Part shown: in pieces, positions 50,062 through 61,600 of the stretch | Numbering within the stretch: the stretch's first letter is position 1 | Layout: each line of letters opens with the position of its first letter | Assembly (NCBI GenBank): GCA_963748625.1 | Contig: CAVVJT010000004.1 | Span: forward strand, 192,001-256,000 | From: an uncultured Chloroflexia bacterium | Lineage (GTDB): Bacteria; Chloroflexota; Limnocylindria; Limnocylindrales; CSP1-4 | Direction: 5' to 3' | Length of the DNA: 64,000 nucleotides | Position numbers and translations under genes: made by a program | Notes under the pieces: generated by a model | The model's database searches: none | What the model was told of the DNA's origin: nothing | The model's input: only the letters and a program-made list of their open reading frames with translations

Positions 50062-51189
50062 GTGCCCTCCATCGACGTCCGTCTTGTCCAGGTCACGAAG
50101 GCGTACGGGGATGTGCTGGCGGTCGACCACATCGACCTCGAGGTCGAGAAGGGCGAATTCTTCAGTCTCCTCGGGCCATCCGGATGCGGGAAGACCACCA
50201 CGCTGCGCATGATCGGCGGCTTCGAGCAGCCGACGTCCGGGCTCATCGAGCTGCAGGGCGCGGACGTCACGTGGCTGCCCCCGTACCAGCGCCACGTCAA
50301 CACGGTCTTCCAGAACTACGCCCTGTTTCCGCACCTGACGATCTACGAGAACGTCGCGTTCGGCCTCCGCCGGAAGGGCGTCAAGGACACCGAGGTCAAG
50401 GCGCGCGTCACTGAGATGCTCCAACTGGTGGAGCTCCCCGGCTATGAGAAGCGCAAGCCCACCCAGATCTCGGGTGGCCAGGCGCAGCGTGTCGCGCTCG
50501 CCCGCGCGCTCATCAACCGGCCTGCCGTCCTCCTGCTCGACGAGCCCCTGGGCGCCCTGGACCTCAAGCTGCGCAAGCAGATGCAGCTGGAGCTCAAGCA
50601 AATCCAGAAGGAGGTCGGGATCACGTTCATCTACGTGACCCACGACCAGGAGGAGGCGATGACGATGTCGGATCGCATCGCCGTGATGAACAAGGGCCAC
50701 TACGAGCAGTTGGGTGACCCCGAGACCCTCTACGAGCGGCCGGCCACGAAGTTCGTCGCAGGCTTCCTCGGCGTCTCCAACCTCCTCGGGGGTGAGTGCC
50801 AGGGCACCGCCGATGGCAAGGGCATCATCCAGCTCGCCGATGGGGCGATCGTGCATGCCCCGGCAGGCGCCGTCTACGGCAAGACAACGGTGGACGTGGG
50901 CGTCCGGCCCGAGAAGATCCGCCTGCATGAGCTCGACGAGCCCACCCCGGCCGGGCACAACCATCTGACCGGAACGGTCGTGGACGCCTCGTACTTGGGC
51001 GTCAGCACCTCATACATGGTGGACACCGACGGTGGAAGCCGCGTCATGGTGTACGAGCAGAACCGCGAACGCACGACGAAGGACGAGCTGTGGGAACGCG
51101 GTGACAAGGTGCATCTCACCTGGTCGCCCGACCACACCTTCGTCGTCGAGGCGACGGGCGACAGCGCCCCGCCGCCGGACGCCGAATAG
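50062..51189 (+). CDS. potA: Polyamine ABC transporter ATP-binding protein
   Basis: [47 protein letters not shown]-like tail. Confidence 0.93.
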   Translation: MPSIDVRLVQVTKAYGDVLAVDHIDLEVEKGEFFSLLGPSGCGKTTTLRMIGGFEQPTSGLIELQGADVTWLPPYQRHVNTVFQNYALFPHLTIYENVAFGLRRKGVKDTEVKARVTEMLQLVELPGYEKRKPTQISGGQAQRVALARALINRPAVLLLDEPLGALDLKLRKQMQLELKQIQKEVGITFIYVTHDQEEAMTMSDRIAVMNKGHYEQLGDPETLYERPATKFVAGFLGVSNLLGGECQGTADGKGIIQLADGAIVHAPAGAVYGKTTVDVGVRPEKIRLHELDEPTPAGHNHLTGTVVDASYLGVSTSYMVDTDGGSRVMVYEQNRERTTKDELWERGDKVHLTWSPDHTFVVEATGDSAPPPDAE

Positions 51190-51223
51190 GCCAACCCCGG
51201 CTCGCCAAGGAGGAGGAGCACCC

Positions 51224-52415
51224 GTGGCACCCGAGCAGCTCAACGTGATCGTCAGCTCGCCGGCAGGTCCTGGCCGGCACCGCGCTCGCCGGCATGGCGG
51301 CCTTCCTGGCCGCGTGCGGTACCAGCGGGAGCGGCGGAGGCAGCGGGAGCGCCACCGAGGCACCGGCTGCCTCGTCCGGCGGCGGGGGTGGTGCCGCATC
51401 GACCCAGTGCAACTGGGCGAACTGGGCGTACTACATCGACGTCGCCGAGGACGATGCCACGGCGCACCCGTCGATCGCTGCGTTCACCGAGGAGACCGGC
51501 ATCGCGGTCAGCTACGACGAGGTCATCGAGGGCAACGAGGAGTTCGTCGCAACGATCAAGGACGCGCTCAACACGGGCAAGGACACCGGCTGGGACATCA
51601 TCACGATGACCGACTGGATGGCCGCCCGCCTGATCCGCCTCGGCTGGATCGAGGAGCTCCAGAACGTCCCGAATGTCACCGCGAATCTCAAGGCCGTCTA
51701 CAAGGACGTGGACTGGGATCCCAATGCCGCGCACCACGCCCCGTGGCGCTCCGGCATGACCGGCCCCGGCTTCGACAAGGACGCCGTCGGCGACATCACC
51801 ACGCTCGACCCGCTGTTCACCGCGAACGAGAAGTGGAACGGCAAGGTCGAGTACCTCTCCGAGATGCGCGATGCCGTCGGGCTCGCGATGCTGTTCAACG
51901 GCGACGACCCCTCCAAGCCCACCCGCGAGGCCTGTGACAAGGCGATCGCGCTGATGCAGAAGGCCAAGGAGGACGGCGTCATCCGCGACGTCAAGGGGCA
52001 GTCCTACACCGAGGACCTCAAGAGCGGCGACGCCGTCATCTCGATGGCCTGGTCAGGCGACATGGTGCAGGCGCAGCTCGACAAGCCGTCGCTGGCGTTC
52101 GTGCTTGCCGAGCAGGGCGGCATGCTCTGGACGGACAACATGATGATCCCCAAGGCCGCCGCCCACCGCGACGCCGCGGAGAAGCTCATCGACTACTACT
52201 ACGACCCCGAGGTCTCGGCGCTCGTGTCGGGTGCCGTGGACTACATCTCCCCGGTGAACGGCTCGGACGAGCTGCTGCCGGCCGAGAAGAAGGACAGCCC
52301 GCTCATCAATCCTCCCCAGGACTGGATGGACCGGCTGTACATCTTCGGCGCCCTGTCCGAGGAGGACGAGGCCTACTTCAACGAGGAGTTCGCGAAGGTG
52401 ATCGGGGTCGCCTGA
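51224..52415 (+). CDS. potD: Polyamine ABC transporter substrate-binding Tat-lipoprotein (one extra base at ~51257 shifts the frame)
   Basis: AGGAGGAG + GTG 51224; removing one base gives IVSRRQVL...FLAAC; NW..YID, AWSGD and LWTDNMMIP motifs. Confidence 0.85.
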
Positions 52416-52452
52416 TCCCGTTGCACCACCGGTCCCCGCACGAGGTCCCTCC

Positions 52453-53466
52453 GTGGGCGTCTGGCTGAAACGGCATTCCTGGATCACCCCGTTCGCCCTG
52501 CTTGCGCCGGGCATGCTCTGGCTCACGCTGTTCTACGTGTGGCCGAACCTCCAGATGTTCATCGCGAGCTTCTGGAGCGGGTCCCTCGAGCAGGGGTACA
52601 CCTTCTCGTTCGACAACTACACGAACTACACCGAGGCGTTCGCCCAGTACTGGCCGTTCTACCTGCGCTCGATCATGTACGCGGGAGCGGCGACGCTGCT
52701 GACGTTCCTCATCGCCTATCCGCTCGCGTACACGATCGCGACCAAGGGCGGCCGCCAGAAGAACCTCCTGCTCTTCATCGTGGTCGCCCCGTTCTTCACC
52801 AGCTTCCTGCTGCGGACCATCGCCTGGAAGCTGATCCTGTCTGACTCGGGCGTGCTGCTCGGGCCGCTCAAGGACATCGGCCTGGTGCCGGAGGAGTTCC
52901 GCCTCCTCGCGACGCCCGTGGCCGTGATCTCCGGCATCACCTACAACTTCCTGCCCTTCATGACCCTGCCGATCTACGTCGCGATCGAGAAGGTGGACGG
53001 CAGGCTCATCGAGGCGGCGAAGGACCTCTACGCCGGACCCTGGCGCCCGGGAGGCCTGCTCGTGGGAGGCCTGGTCGGCGGCATCCTGGCCGCGGTCCTT
53101 GGTCTCATCTTCGACTGGTCCGTACCGGCGATGGCGCTGCTGGGCGGGACCGCCGGTGCGATCGTAGGCTGGTTCCTCGTGTCCGAATCGTTCGTGCGGG
53201 TGATGTTCCCGCTCTCGTTACCGGGCGTGTTCGCCGGTTCCCTGCTCACCTTCATCCCGGCCATCGGTGATTACGTGAACGCGGACTTCCTGGGCAACAC
53301 CGAGACCAAGATGATCGGCAACGTGATCCAGAACAAGTTCCTGACCCAGAACGACTATCCGGAGGCCTCGGCGCTGTCGTTCATGCTGATGGCGGGTGTG
53401 CTCGTGTTCGTGGCCATCTATGCCAAGGTCCTCGGCACCGAGGACGTGGCCACGGGGAGGCTCTAG
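52453..53466 (+). CDS. potB: Polyamine ABC transporter permease (PotB-like, with a hydrophobic insertion)
   Basis: IAYPLAY, PFFTSFLLRT, LPFMTLPIY, EAAKDLYA, FPLSLPG. Confidence 0.9.
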   Translation: MGVWLKRHSWITPFALLAPGMLWLTLFYVWPNLQMFIASFWSGSLEQGYTFSFDNYTNYTEAFAQYWPFYLRSIMYAGAATLLTFLIAYPLAYTIATKGGRQKNLLLFIVVAPFFTSFLLRTIAWKLILSDSGVLLGPLKDIGLVPEEFRLLATPVAVISGITYNFLPFMTLPIYVAIEKVDGRLIEAAKDLYAGPWRPGGLLVGGLVGGILAAVLGLIFDWSVPAMALLGGTAGAIVGWFLVSESFVRVMFPLSLPGVFAGSLLTFIPAIGDYVNADFLGNTETKMIGNVIQNKFLTQNDYPEASALSFMLMAGVLVFVAIYAKVLGTEDVATGRL

Positions 53467-53468
53467 CG

Positions 53469-54320
53469 ATGACCGCCATCGCCGCCTCCCCCACCCCGGC
53501 CAAGCCGAGCGGCATCTCGGTCACCGTCCGCCGCATCCTCGACAAGTACCTGCTGATCGTCTACACGGTCCTGGCGGTCATCTACCTGCTGCTGCCGGTC
53601 GCGATCATCATCCTGTTCAGCTTCAACGACCCGGTCGGCAAGTCCAACGTCGTGTGGCAGGGCTTCACGCTCAAGTACTGGCTGAACCCGCTGGGCGTCG
53701 ATGGCCTGCCTGAGGCCGTGGGCCTGAGCATCGTGATCGCGATCCTCTCGACGCTCGCCGCCACGGTGCTCGGCACCCTGATCGCGCTGGCCCTGGTGCG
53801 CTACAACTTCGGCGGTCGCAAGGCGACCAACGCCCTGATCTTCCTGCCCATGGCGACACCCGAGATCATCATGGGCGCCTCGCTGCTCACGATGTTCGTG
53901 GCCATCGGGTCGGACCCGGTCTTCCCGCTCAACTGGCTCACCATCCTGATCGCGCACATCATGTTCAACATCAGCTTCGTGGTCACAACCGTGCGCGCCC
54001 GCCTGTCCGGCTTCCCGCGCCACCTCGAGGAGGCGGCGATGGACCTCTACGCGAACGAGGCGACGACCTTCTGGAAGGTGACGTTCCCGCTCATCCTGCC
54101 CGGGATCATCGCGGCGGCCCTGCTCGCGTTCAGCCTGTCGATCGACGACTTCGTGATCACGAACTTCACCGCCGGCAAGGCCCAGACCTTCCCGATGTTC
54201 ATCTACGCGAAGTACCGGATCGGCGTCCCGCCGCAGGTCAACGTCATCGGCACGATCATCTTCCTGATCGCCGTCGGCGCCGTCCTCCTCACGACCCTCA
54301 ACTCCCGCCGCAAGCACTGA
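53469..54320 (+). CDS. potC: Polyamine ABC transporter permease (PotC-like)
   Basis: P..IIILFSFN, PEIIMG.SLL, LEEAAMDLYA, FSLSIDDFVIT. Confidence 0.92.
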   Translation: MTAIAASPTPAKPSGISVTVRRILDKYLLIVYTVLAVIYLLLPVAIIILFSFNDPVGKSNVVWQGFTLKYWLNPLGVDGLPEAVGLSIVIAILSTLAATVLGTLIALALVRYNFGGRKATNALIFLPMATPEIIMGASLLTMFVAIGSDPVFPLNWLTILIAHIMFNISFVVTTVRARLSGFPRHLEEAAMDLYANEATTFWKVTFPLILPGIIAAALLAFSLSIDDFVITNFTAGKAQTFPMFIYAKYRIGVPPQVNVIGTIIFLIAVGAVLLTTLNSRRKH

Positions 54321-54334
54321 GAGGCCTCGCACCC

Positions 54335-55666
54335 ATGACCGCTCCCGCCGGCTCCGAGCCCGGTCCCGCTTTCGCCGCCCCCCTGCCCGACCGCTCCGTC
54401 GTGCCGCCGGTCTGGGGCCGGATCACGAACCTCGCGGTGGACCGCGGCGAGGGCTCCTGGCTGATCACGACCGACGGCGAGCGGTACCTGGACTACACGT
54501 CCGGGATCGGGGTCACCAACACCGGCCATGCCCACCCCCGCGTGGTGGCCGCTGTCCAGGCGCAGGCGGCAAAGCTGCTCCACGGCCAGCAGAACATCGT
54601 CTACCACGAGGCGGGCCTGCGGCTGTACGAGCGCCTGCAGACCATCCTCCCCGGCGGACCGTGGAGCGCGTTCCTGTCCAACTCCGGCGCCGAGGCGGTC
54701 GAGGCCGCGGTCAAGCTGGCACGCGTCGCCACCGGGCGGCCGGTGATCATCGGCTTCCGGTACGCCTTCCACGGGCGCATCGGCAACGCGATGGCCCTCA
54801 CGGCGGCCAAGGACGTCTACCGGGCGGCATTCGAGCCGCTGGCGGGCTCCATCTACCACACCGCGTACCCGTACTGCTATCGGGCTGCCGGCGGCGCCCA
54901 TGACCCGGCCGCCTGCACATGCGACTGGGAGGAGCAGCTCGACCTGCTCTTCCATCAGATGATCTACCCGGACAAGGTCGCGGCGATCATCGTGGAGCCG
55001 GTCATGGGCGAGGGCGGCTATCTTGTGCCGCCGCCGGACTTCCTGCCCCGGCTGCGTGAGCTGACACGCAGGCATGGAATCCTGCTCATCGCCGACGAGG
55101 TCCAGACGGGCTTCGGTCGGACCGGCGAGCTGTTCGCGGTGCGGCACTGGGACGTGGAGCCGGACATCCTGGTCATGGCCAAGGGCATCGCGTCCGGCCT
55201 GCCGCTGTCGGGGATCCTTGCCCGCAAGGACATCATGGAGCGATTCGCGCCCGGCACGCACGGCGGCACGTACGGCGGCAATGTCGTGTCGTGCGCGGCG
55301 GCCAACGCCACCCTGGACGTGATCGAGGAGGAGGGCCTGGTCGCCAACGCCCGCGCGCGCGGCGAGCAGTTCCTGGCCGGCCTCCGCGCGCTGCAGGCGA
55401 AGCACGCGTCCATCGGCGATGTCCGGGGCCTCGGGCTCATGGTCGCGATGGAGCTGGTCCGGCCGGGCGAGGGCGACGGGCGCGTCGCGAACCCGGAGCT
55501 CACGAAGCGCATCCAGAAGGAGTGCTTCGACCGCAAGCTCCTGATGCTCACGGCCGGCACCTCGGTGAACGTCCTGCGGATCATCCCGCCGCTGGTCACC
55601 ACCGCCGACGAGGTGGGCCTCGCGCTGGGCATCATCGGGGAAGCGCTCGCAGCCGCGGGAGCGTAG
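54335..55666 (+). CDS. Class III PLP aminotransferase (4-aminobutyrate/polyamine transaminase-like)
   Basis: [48 protein letters not shown]. Confidence 0.92.
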   Translation: MTAPAGSEPGPAFAAPLPDRSVVPPVWGRITNLAVDRGEGSWLITTDGERYLDYTSGIGVTNTGHAHPRVVAAVQAQAAKLLHGQQNIVYHEAGLRLYERLQTILPGGPWSAFLSNSGAEAVEAAVKLARVATGRPVIIGFRYAFHGRIGNAMALTAAKDVYRAAFEPLAGSIYHTAYPYCYRAAGGAHDPAACTCDWEEQLDLLFHQMIYPDKVAAIIVEPVMGEGGYLVPPPDFLPRLRELTRRHGILLIADEVQTGFGRTGELFAVRHWDVEPDILVMAKGIASGLPLSGILARKDIMERFAPGTHGGTYGGNVVSCAAANATLDVIEEEGLVANARARGEQFLAGLRALQAKHASIGDVRGLGLMVAMELVRPGEGDGRVANPELTKRIQKECFDRKLLMLTAGTSVNVLRIIPPLVTTADEVGLALGIIGEALAAAGA

Positions 55667-55692
55667 GCTTCGCCCCCAAGGAGGGGCCACCT

Positions 55693-56340
55693 ATGGCCAT
55701 CGACTCGGGTGACGCCGAGGCAGCCGCACGCGCGCGCCTCGAGGCGCTCTTCGCGTCCTTCGACCGGCTCACGCCCGACGAGCTCGGGCGGATCGGCCTC
55801 GGTGACTGGGACGACGAGCGCCACGAGGAGCTGCTCGACGCCGTCGATGCCGCCGCGGAGCGGACCGGCCGCGCGGCGCTCGTGGACGCGGCACGGGCGC
55901 GGGTGCGCGACGCCGTCGTCGCGCAGTACTCGGCAGGCACCCTCCACACGACCTGGGTGGATCTGAACTGGGGGCTCTCCCAGGGGACGGTCCAGGACCG
56001 TGTGGCCATCGTGGAGGTGCTCTCGGATGCCGCGGCGGCGGCCGTGCTGGCCGACGCCCTCGACCCGGACGACTACGAGGCCCTGTCCCTGCCGGCCGAG
56101 CACCTCGTCTCGATGGCCGGCGGCATGGCGTCGGAGGGCTCGCTCGGGCGCCAGATGGCCGTCCCGGCGGACCCGGACCTCGGGCGGCGGAAGGCCGTAC
56201 GGACGATGGTGGCTGTCGGCGCCGGGGGGATGGTGTTCGTCACCCTCCTGCCCCTCGCGTACGCCTTCTCTCTTCCTGCCGCGCCGATCTGGGCGCTGCT
56301 GGTCTCCATCGCCGTCGTGATGGTCGCCCTTCGGCGCTGA
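55693..56340 (+). CDS. Hypothetical protein with two C-terminal TM helices
   Basis: AAGGAGG RBS, start MAIDSG, GC3 bias, hydrophobic C-terminus. Confidence 0.72.
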   Translation: MAIDSGDAEAAARARLEALFASFDRLTPDELGRIGLGDWDDERHEELLDAVDAAAERTGRAALVDAARARVRDAVVAQYSAGTLHTTWVDLNWGLSQGTVQDRVAIVEVLSDAAAAAVLADALDPDDYEALSLPAEHLVSMAGGMASEGSLGRQMAVPADPDLGRRKAVRTMVAVGAGGMVFVTLLPLAYAFSLPAAPIWALLVSIAVVMVALRR

Positions 56341-56368
56341 CAGCTCCGTCCCGCGCACAACCCCCCGG

Positions 56369-56483
56369 GCGCCCCATGTGGGGGGCGAATTGGGGGTTCG
56401 TGAGCGTGCTCCGAGTGCGAATGTCGCGGTTGGTCGCGCAGTGCGTGCGTGCGAGGTCCGGATTTGCCCCAGAGGTGGGGCAG
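56369..56483. repeat. 115-bp REPIN/MITE-like element, copy 2
   Basis: Ends GCGCCCCATGTGGGGGGCGAATT and GATTTGCCCCAGAGGTGGGGCAG; same length and layout as 47373-47487. Confidence 0.6.
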
Positions 56484-56507
56484 AGCGGCGCCCGTCGGCG
56501 CTGACCC

Positions 56508-57350
56508 TCAGTCGGGAGCCTGCCGGAGCCGCTCCAGGATCTCGGCGTGGAGCAGCCCGTTGGAGCCCACGAACGACGGTGCGTCGATCCGGCGCTCGCC
56601 GTTGATGTCGGTCACCTTCCCGCCGGCCTCCTCGATCACGACCACCGGCCCAGCGAGGTCCCACGGCTTCATGCCCGTCTCGAACATCGCCTCGGCCGCG
56701 CCCTCGGCCACCAGCGCATAGCCCCAGAAGTCACCGAAACCGCGCTCCCGCCACGCAGCGCGGAGGAGCGCGTCGAAGCCGGGCATGTACCCGCTGTCCG
56801 CGGTGTCGCGCGCCGACCCGTAGAGCAGCTGCGCATCCTCCAATGCAGCCACCCTCGACACTCGGATCCGCCGCTCCCCGTCGAGGCCGCGGTTGAACGC
56901 TCCGCCACCGCGGTAGGCGAACCAGCGCTCCCGCATCGCCGGCGCCGAGATCACACCCACCTGCAGCTCACCCTCATGCTCGATCCCCAGCAGGGTGCCG
57001 AACAGCGGGACGCCCCGGATGTAGTTGTGGGTGCCATCGATGGGGTCGATGAACCAGCGCGTCGTCGTCGCGCCTTCCTCGACGCCGTACTCCTCGCCGA
57101 CCAGGCCGTGGTCCGGGTAGCGGGCCCGGATCCGCTCGCGGATCACGCGTTCGATGCCCTGGTCGGCGATCGTCACGAATGTGCGGTCCGGCTTGCGCTC
57201 GACGTCGAGGTCGCGCCGGAAGTGGCGCAAGGCGATCTCGTCGGCGGCGTCGCACAGCTCGAGGGCGAAGTCGGTCCACTCGCGCAGCGTGCCCTCGGGT
57301 ACCCGGGCGAGCGACGCGGACCACGCAGGGCCGAAGTCAGGGGCAGGCAT
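56508..57350 (-). CDS. hisN: Histidinol-phosphatase, inositol monophosphatase family
   Basis: K.D.TFVT.AD, GEE, W.IDPIDGTHNYIRGVP, RGFGDFWGY, WDLA. Confidence 0.87.
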   Translation of the reverse strand: MPAPDFGPAWSASLARVPEGTLREWTDFALELCDAADEIALRHFRRDLDVERKPDRTFVTIADQGIERVIRERIRARYPDHGLVGEEYGVEEGATTTRWFIDPIDGTHNYIRGVPLFGTLLGIEHEGELQVGVISAPAMRERWFAYRGGGAFNRGLDGERRIRVSRVAALEDAQLLYGSARDTADSGYMPGFDALLRAAWRERGFGDFWGYALVAEGAAEAMFETGMKPWDLAGPVVVIEEAGGKVTDINGERRIDAPSFVGSNGLLHAEILERLRQAPD

Positions 57351-57411
57351 TGGGTTCGGCAGGCGATGTCATGGCGCCATGATGCCCTGCCAGCCGCGGC
57401 CCGCGCGTGCC

Positions 57412-58426
57412 TCAGTGGCAGGCCCCGGCGGCCCGGTCGACGACCTGCCCGTCCACGTCGAGGAAGCGGATCGACCAGGAGCCGTCCGCCAGCACGGCCT
57501 CCACGACGCCGTACAGGGAGCTCTTGCGCACCACGGATCCGGGCGCCGGCGGCGTGCGGAAGCCGCGCAGGTCGCCGCCACCGGTGCCCACGACGATCTC
57601 CACGACGCCCGCGGAGTCCTCGTGCACCGGAGGCATCGAGCGGGGCGAACCGCTCGTAGTCGTGCTCGTGGCCGTTGAGCGCGAGGTCGACGCCGGCGTC
57701 GGCCAGCGTCCGCCAGATCTCGTCGACGGACCGTCGTGTCGCCGTGATACCCGCTGGACCAGCGCGGGTGGTGGAACAGGGCGACCGTGCACCGGGCATC
57801 GTTCGAGGCGAGGTCGTCGCGCAGCCAGGCGACCTGCGGCGAGTCCGGTCCGCAGCCGCCTTCGACCTTGCCGCAGTTGGTGTCCAGCACGAGCACGTGC
57901 CAGGCGCCGAGGTCGTCGGAGAAGTACGTCCGGCCCTCGCGAACGGCGGCCTCACCCATGTACTCCCGCAGCGGTGCGCCGTCGTCGGTCATGTAGTCGT
58001 GGTTGCCGCTCACCGCCCAGGCGATGCGGTCCTTGACGGGTCCCCACGACCCGCCGAAACACTCGGCCAGCTCCTTGCGGGTTCCGCTGGCGTACGCCGT
58101 GTCGCCGAGGGTGGCGATCGTGCCTGGCAGCGCCGCCGCAAGTGCGCCCGTCCGCTCGTCACCGTCGGACTCGCACTCGGCGATGTCCCCCACGGCGACC
58201 AGGATCTCCGCGGTGGCTGGCAGGGTCGACGGTTCGGGGTCCGGGGCCGGGGTACCCGGGGCCGGGGTACCGCCGGGGTGTCGCCTGCACCCGGCGCCGG
58301 CCGGTCCCGCATGACGCCACCGATCGTGATGACGCCCACGACCGCGATGGTCGCCACCAGTGCCAGCGCAAGCAGGCGGATCCGGCCGGCCCGGCCGGCA
58401 GCGAGGGATCGAGCGCGCGCAATCAC
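57412..58426 (-). pseudogene. Secreted calcineurin-like metallophosphoesterase split by three frameshifts (pseudogene or assembly indels)
   Basis: TM segment, then GDIA, LGDTAY, GNHDY, HHP, GHEHDYER and VGTGG motifs spread over three frames; shifts near 58272, 57735 and 57625. Confidence 0.8.
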
Positions 58427-58642
58427 GCCGTCACCCGGCCTTGCGCAGCAGCGCCCGCCACGTCGACACCTCCCAGGCTCCGGCCGCAACCCTCCGGGCA
58501 GCGACTCGAAACCCCACGGTAGCGGACACGGCCGGAGGGCGCCGGATCGAGGGCCGCCCGGTGACTGGTCACACGGGCGTGCGCAACGGGAGAGGCCCCG
58601 CCGGCGGCGGGGCCTCAGTCAGCCAGGTCTAGGCGCTCCGGA

Positions 58643-61600
58643 TCAACTCATGGTGGTCCGGTCACCGCGAGCGCGTGCACGAAGGCCGAGGAGGAGGAGG
58701 AGCATCGCCAGCGCGATCACCCCGGCCAGCGCGGGAAGCAGCGGCAGCGGGGACGACATGGCCGAGCCGACGATGCCAGCGAGGCCGCCGGTGTTCGTGG
58801 GCGGGGTCGTGCCGCTGGCCACGGTGAAGCTCTGCTGGACGGGTTCGGCCGGGCCGTGTGTGGCGTCACCCTGCTGCGAGGCCTCGATCGTGCAGGTGCC
58901 GGTGCCCACGATGGTGACCGTCGTCCCGGACACGGTGCACACCTTGGGGGTGAGCGACGTGTAGGTGACCGGGAGCCCGGAGTCCGTGGTCGCTGCCAGC
59001 TTCACGGTCTTGGTGTTCGTGGTGATGTTGGGCAGCGACGGGAAGGTGATCGCCTGCTCGATCTTCTCGATGACGATGTCCACGCTCCCGGACTGGTTCC
59101 TGTAGTTGCCGTTGCCGGTGAAGGTCCAGGCTGCGGTGCCTCCTGGGACGTTCGTGAACGAGGCGCCGAGGTCAAGCGTGCCGGGATCCTCGCCGTCGAC
59201 ACCCGTGCAGGAGCCGCTGGCGCCGTGCGGGCTGCCGTCGTAAGGACCGCTCCAGCCGTTGACGGTGCAATCGGCGTCAGCCTTGGTGATGACGATGTCG
59301 GCGGTGCCGCTGGTGTCCTTGTAGTTGCCGGTGCCGTCCGTGAAGGTCCAGGCGGCGGTGCCGCCCGGGACGTTCGTGAACAGGGTTCCCAGCACGAGTC
59401 CGGAGAGGGTCTCGCCCATGACGCCCGTGCAGGAGCCCGACGCGCCGTGGGCGGTTGCGTCGTAGGTGCCGGTCCAGCCGGAGACGGTGCAGTCGGCGTC
59501 GGCCTGGGTGACCTCGAAGCTCTGCGTCTCCGCAAGGGCCTCGTTCCAGTTGCCGTCGCCGGCCTGGGCGGCCTGGATGGTGCACGTCCCGACGGCAAGG
59601 ATGGTGACCGCCGCTCCGGAGACCGAGCAGGTCGCCGGGGTGAGCGAGCTGAACACCACCGGGAGGCCCGAGGTCGCCGTCGCGCTTGCCGTTACGGCAT
59701 TGCCATACACGGCATCGGGGATCGGATCGAAGGTGATCGCCTGGTCGGCCATGCCGATCTCGATGTCGACCGAGCCCGCGTCGTCGGTGTAGTTGCCGGT
59801 GGCGTCGGTGAAGGTCCAGTCGGCGGTGCCGCCCGGGACGTCCGTGTAGGAGGCGCCCAGGTCGAGGCCGGCGAGGGTCTCGCCCATGACGCCCGTGCAG
59901 GTGCCGGACGCGCCGTGGGCGCCGCCGTCGTAGGTGCCGGTCCAGCCGGTGATGGTGCAGACCGGGTCGGCCATGCCGATCTCGATGTCGACCGAGCCCG
60001 CGTCGTCGGTGTAGTTGCCGGTGGCGTCGGTGAAGGTCCAGTCGGCGGTGCCGCCCGGGACGTCCGTGTAGGAGGCGCCCAGGTCGAGGCCGGCGAGGGT
60101 CTCGCCCATGACGCCCGTGCAGGTGCCGGACGCGCCGTGGGCGCCGCCGTCGTAGGTGCCGGTCCAGCCGGTGATGGTGCAGACCGGGTCGGCCTTGGTG
60201 ATCTCGAAGGTCGTCGAGTCGCCGCTCGGGTAGTGGTTGGCGTCGCCCCCGAAGCCGGCAAAGGCGGTGGCCGTGCCGACGGCGGTGTTGCCGGTGTAGC
60301 CGACGACCGGGAGGACCTGGTTCAGGCCGCCGGCGCCGGTCACCGACGCGCTGCACGGCGTCTGGGGATCACCGGTGTAGGTGACGCTGGCCGGGCAGGT
60401 GACGGTCGTGGTGGACGCGGCCATGCCGATCTCGATGTCGACCGAGCCCGCGTCGTCGGTGTAGTTGCCGGTGGCGTCGGTGAAGGTCCAGTCGGCGGTG
60501 CCGCCCGGGACGTCCGTGTAGGAGGCGCCCAGGTCGAGGCCGGCGAGGGTCTCGCCCATGACGCCCGTGCAGGTGCCGGACGCGCCGTGGGCGCCGCCGT
60601 CGTAGGTGCCGGTCCAGCCGGTGATGGTGCAGACCGGGTCGGCCATGCCGATCTCGATGTCGACCGAGCCCGCGTCGTCGGTGTAGTTGCCGGTGGCGTC
60701 GGTGAAGGTCCAGTCGGCGGTGCCGCCCGGGACGTCCGTGTAGGAGGCGCCCAGGTCGAGGCCGGCGAGGGTCTCGCCCATGACGCCCGTGCAGGTGCCG
60801 GACGCGCCGTGGGCGCCGCCGTCGTAGGTGCCGGTCCAGCCGGTGATGGTGCAGACCGGGTCGGCCTTGGTGATCTCGAAGGTCGTCGAGTCGCCGCTCG
60901 GGTAGTGGTTGGCGTCGCCCCCGAAGCCGGCAAAGGCGGTGGCCGTGCCGACGGCGGTGTTGCCGGTGTAGCCGACGACCGGGAGGACCTGGTTCAGGCC
61001 GCCGGCGCCGGTCACCGACGCGCTGCACGGCGTCTGGGGATCACCGGTGTAGGTGACGCTGGCCGGGCAGGTGACGGTCGTGGTGGACGCGGCCATGCCG
61101 ATCTCGATGTCGACCGAGCCCGCGTCGTCGGTGTAGTTGCCGGTGGCGTCGGTGAAGGTCCAGTCGGCGGTGCCGCCCGGGACGTCCGTGTAGGAGGCGC
61201 CCAGGTCGAGGCCGGCGAGGGTCTCGCCCATGACGCCCGTGCAGGTGCCGGACGCGCCGTGGGCGCCGCCGTCGTAGGTGCCGGTCCAGCCGGTGATGGT
61301 GCAGACCGGGTCGGCCATGCCGATCTCGATGTCGACCGAGCCCGCGTCGTCGGTGTAGTTGCCGGTGGCGTCGGTGAAGGTCCAGTCGGCGGTGCCGCCC
61401 GGGACGTCCGTGTAGGAGGCGCCCAGGTCGAGGCCGGCGAGGGTCTCGCCCATGACGCCCGTGCAGGTGCCGGACGCGCCGTGGGCGCCGCCGTCGTAGG
61501 TGCCGGTCCAGCCGGTGATGGTGCAGACCGGGTCGGCCATGCCGATCTCGATGTCGACCGAGCCCGCGTCGTCGGTGTAGTTGCCGGTGGCGTCGGTGAA

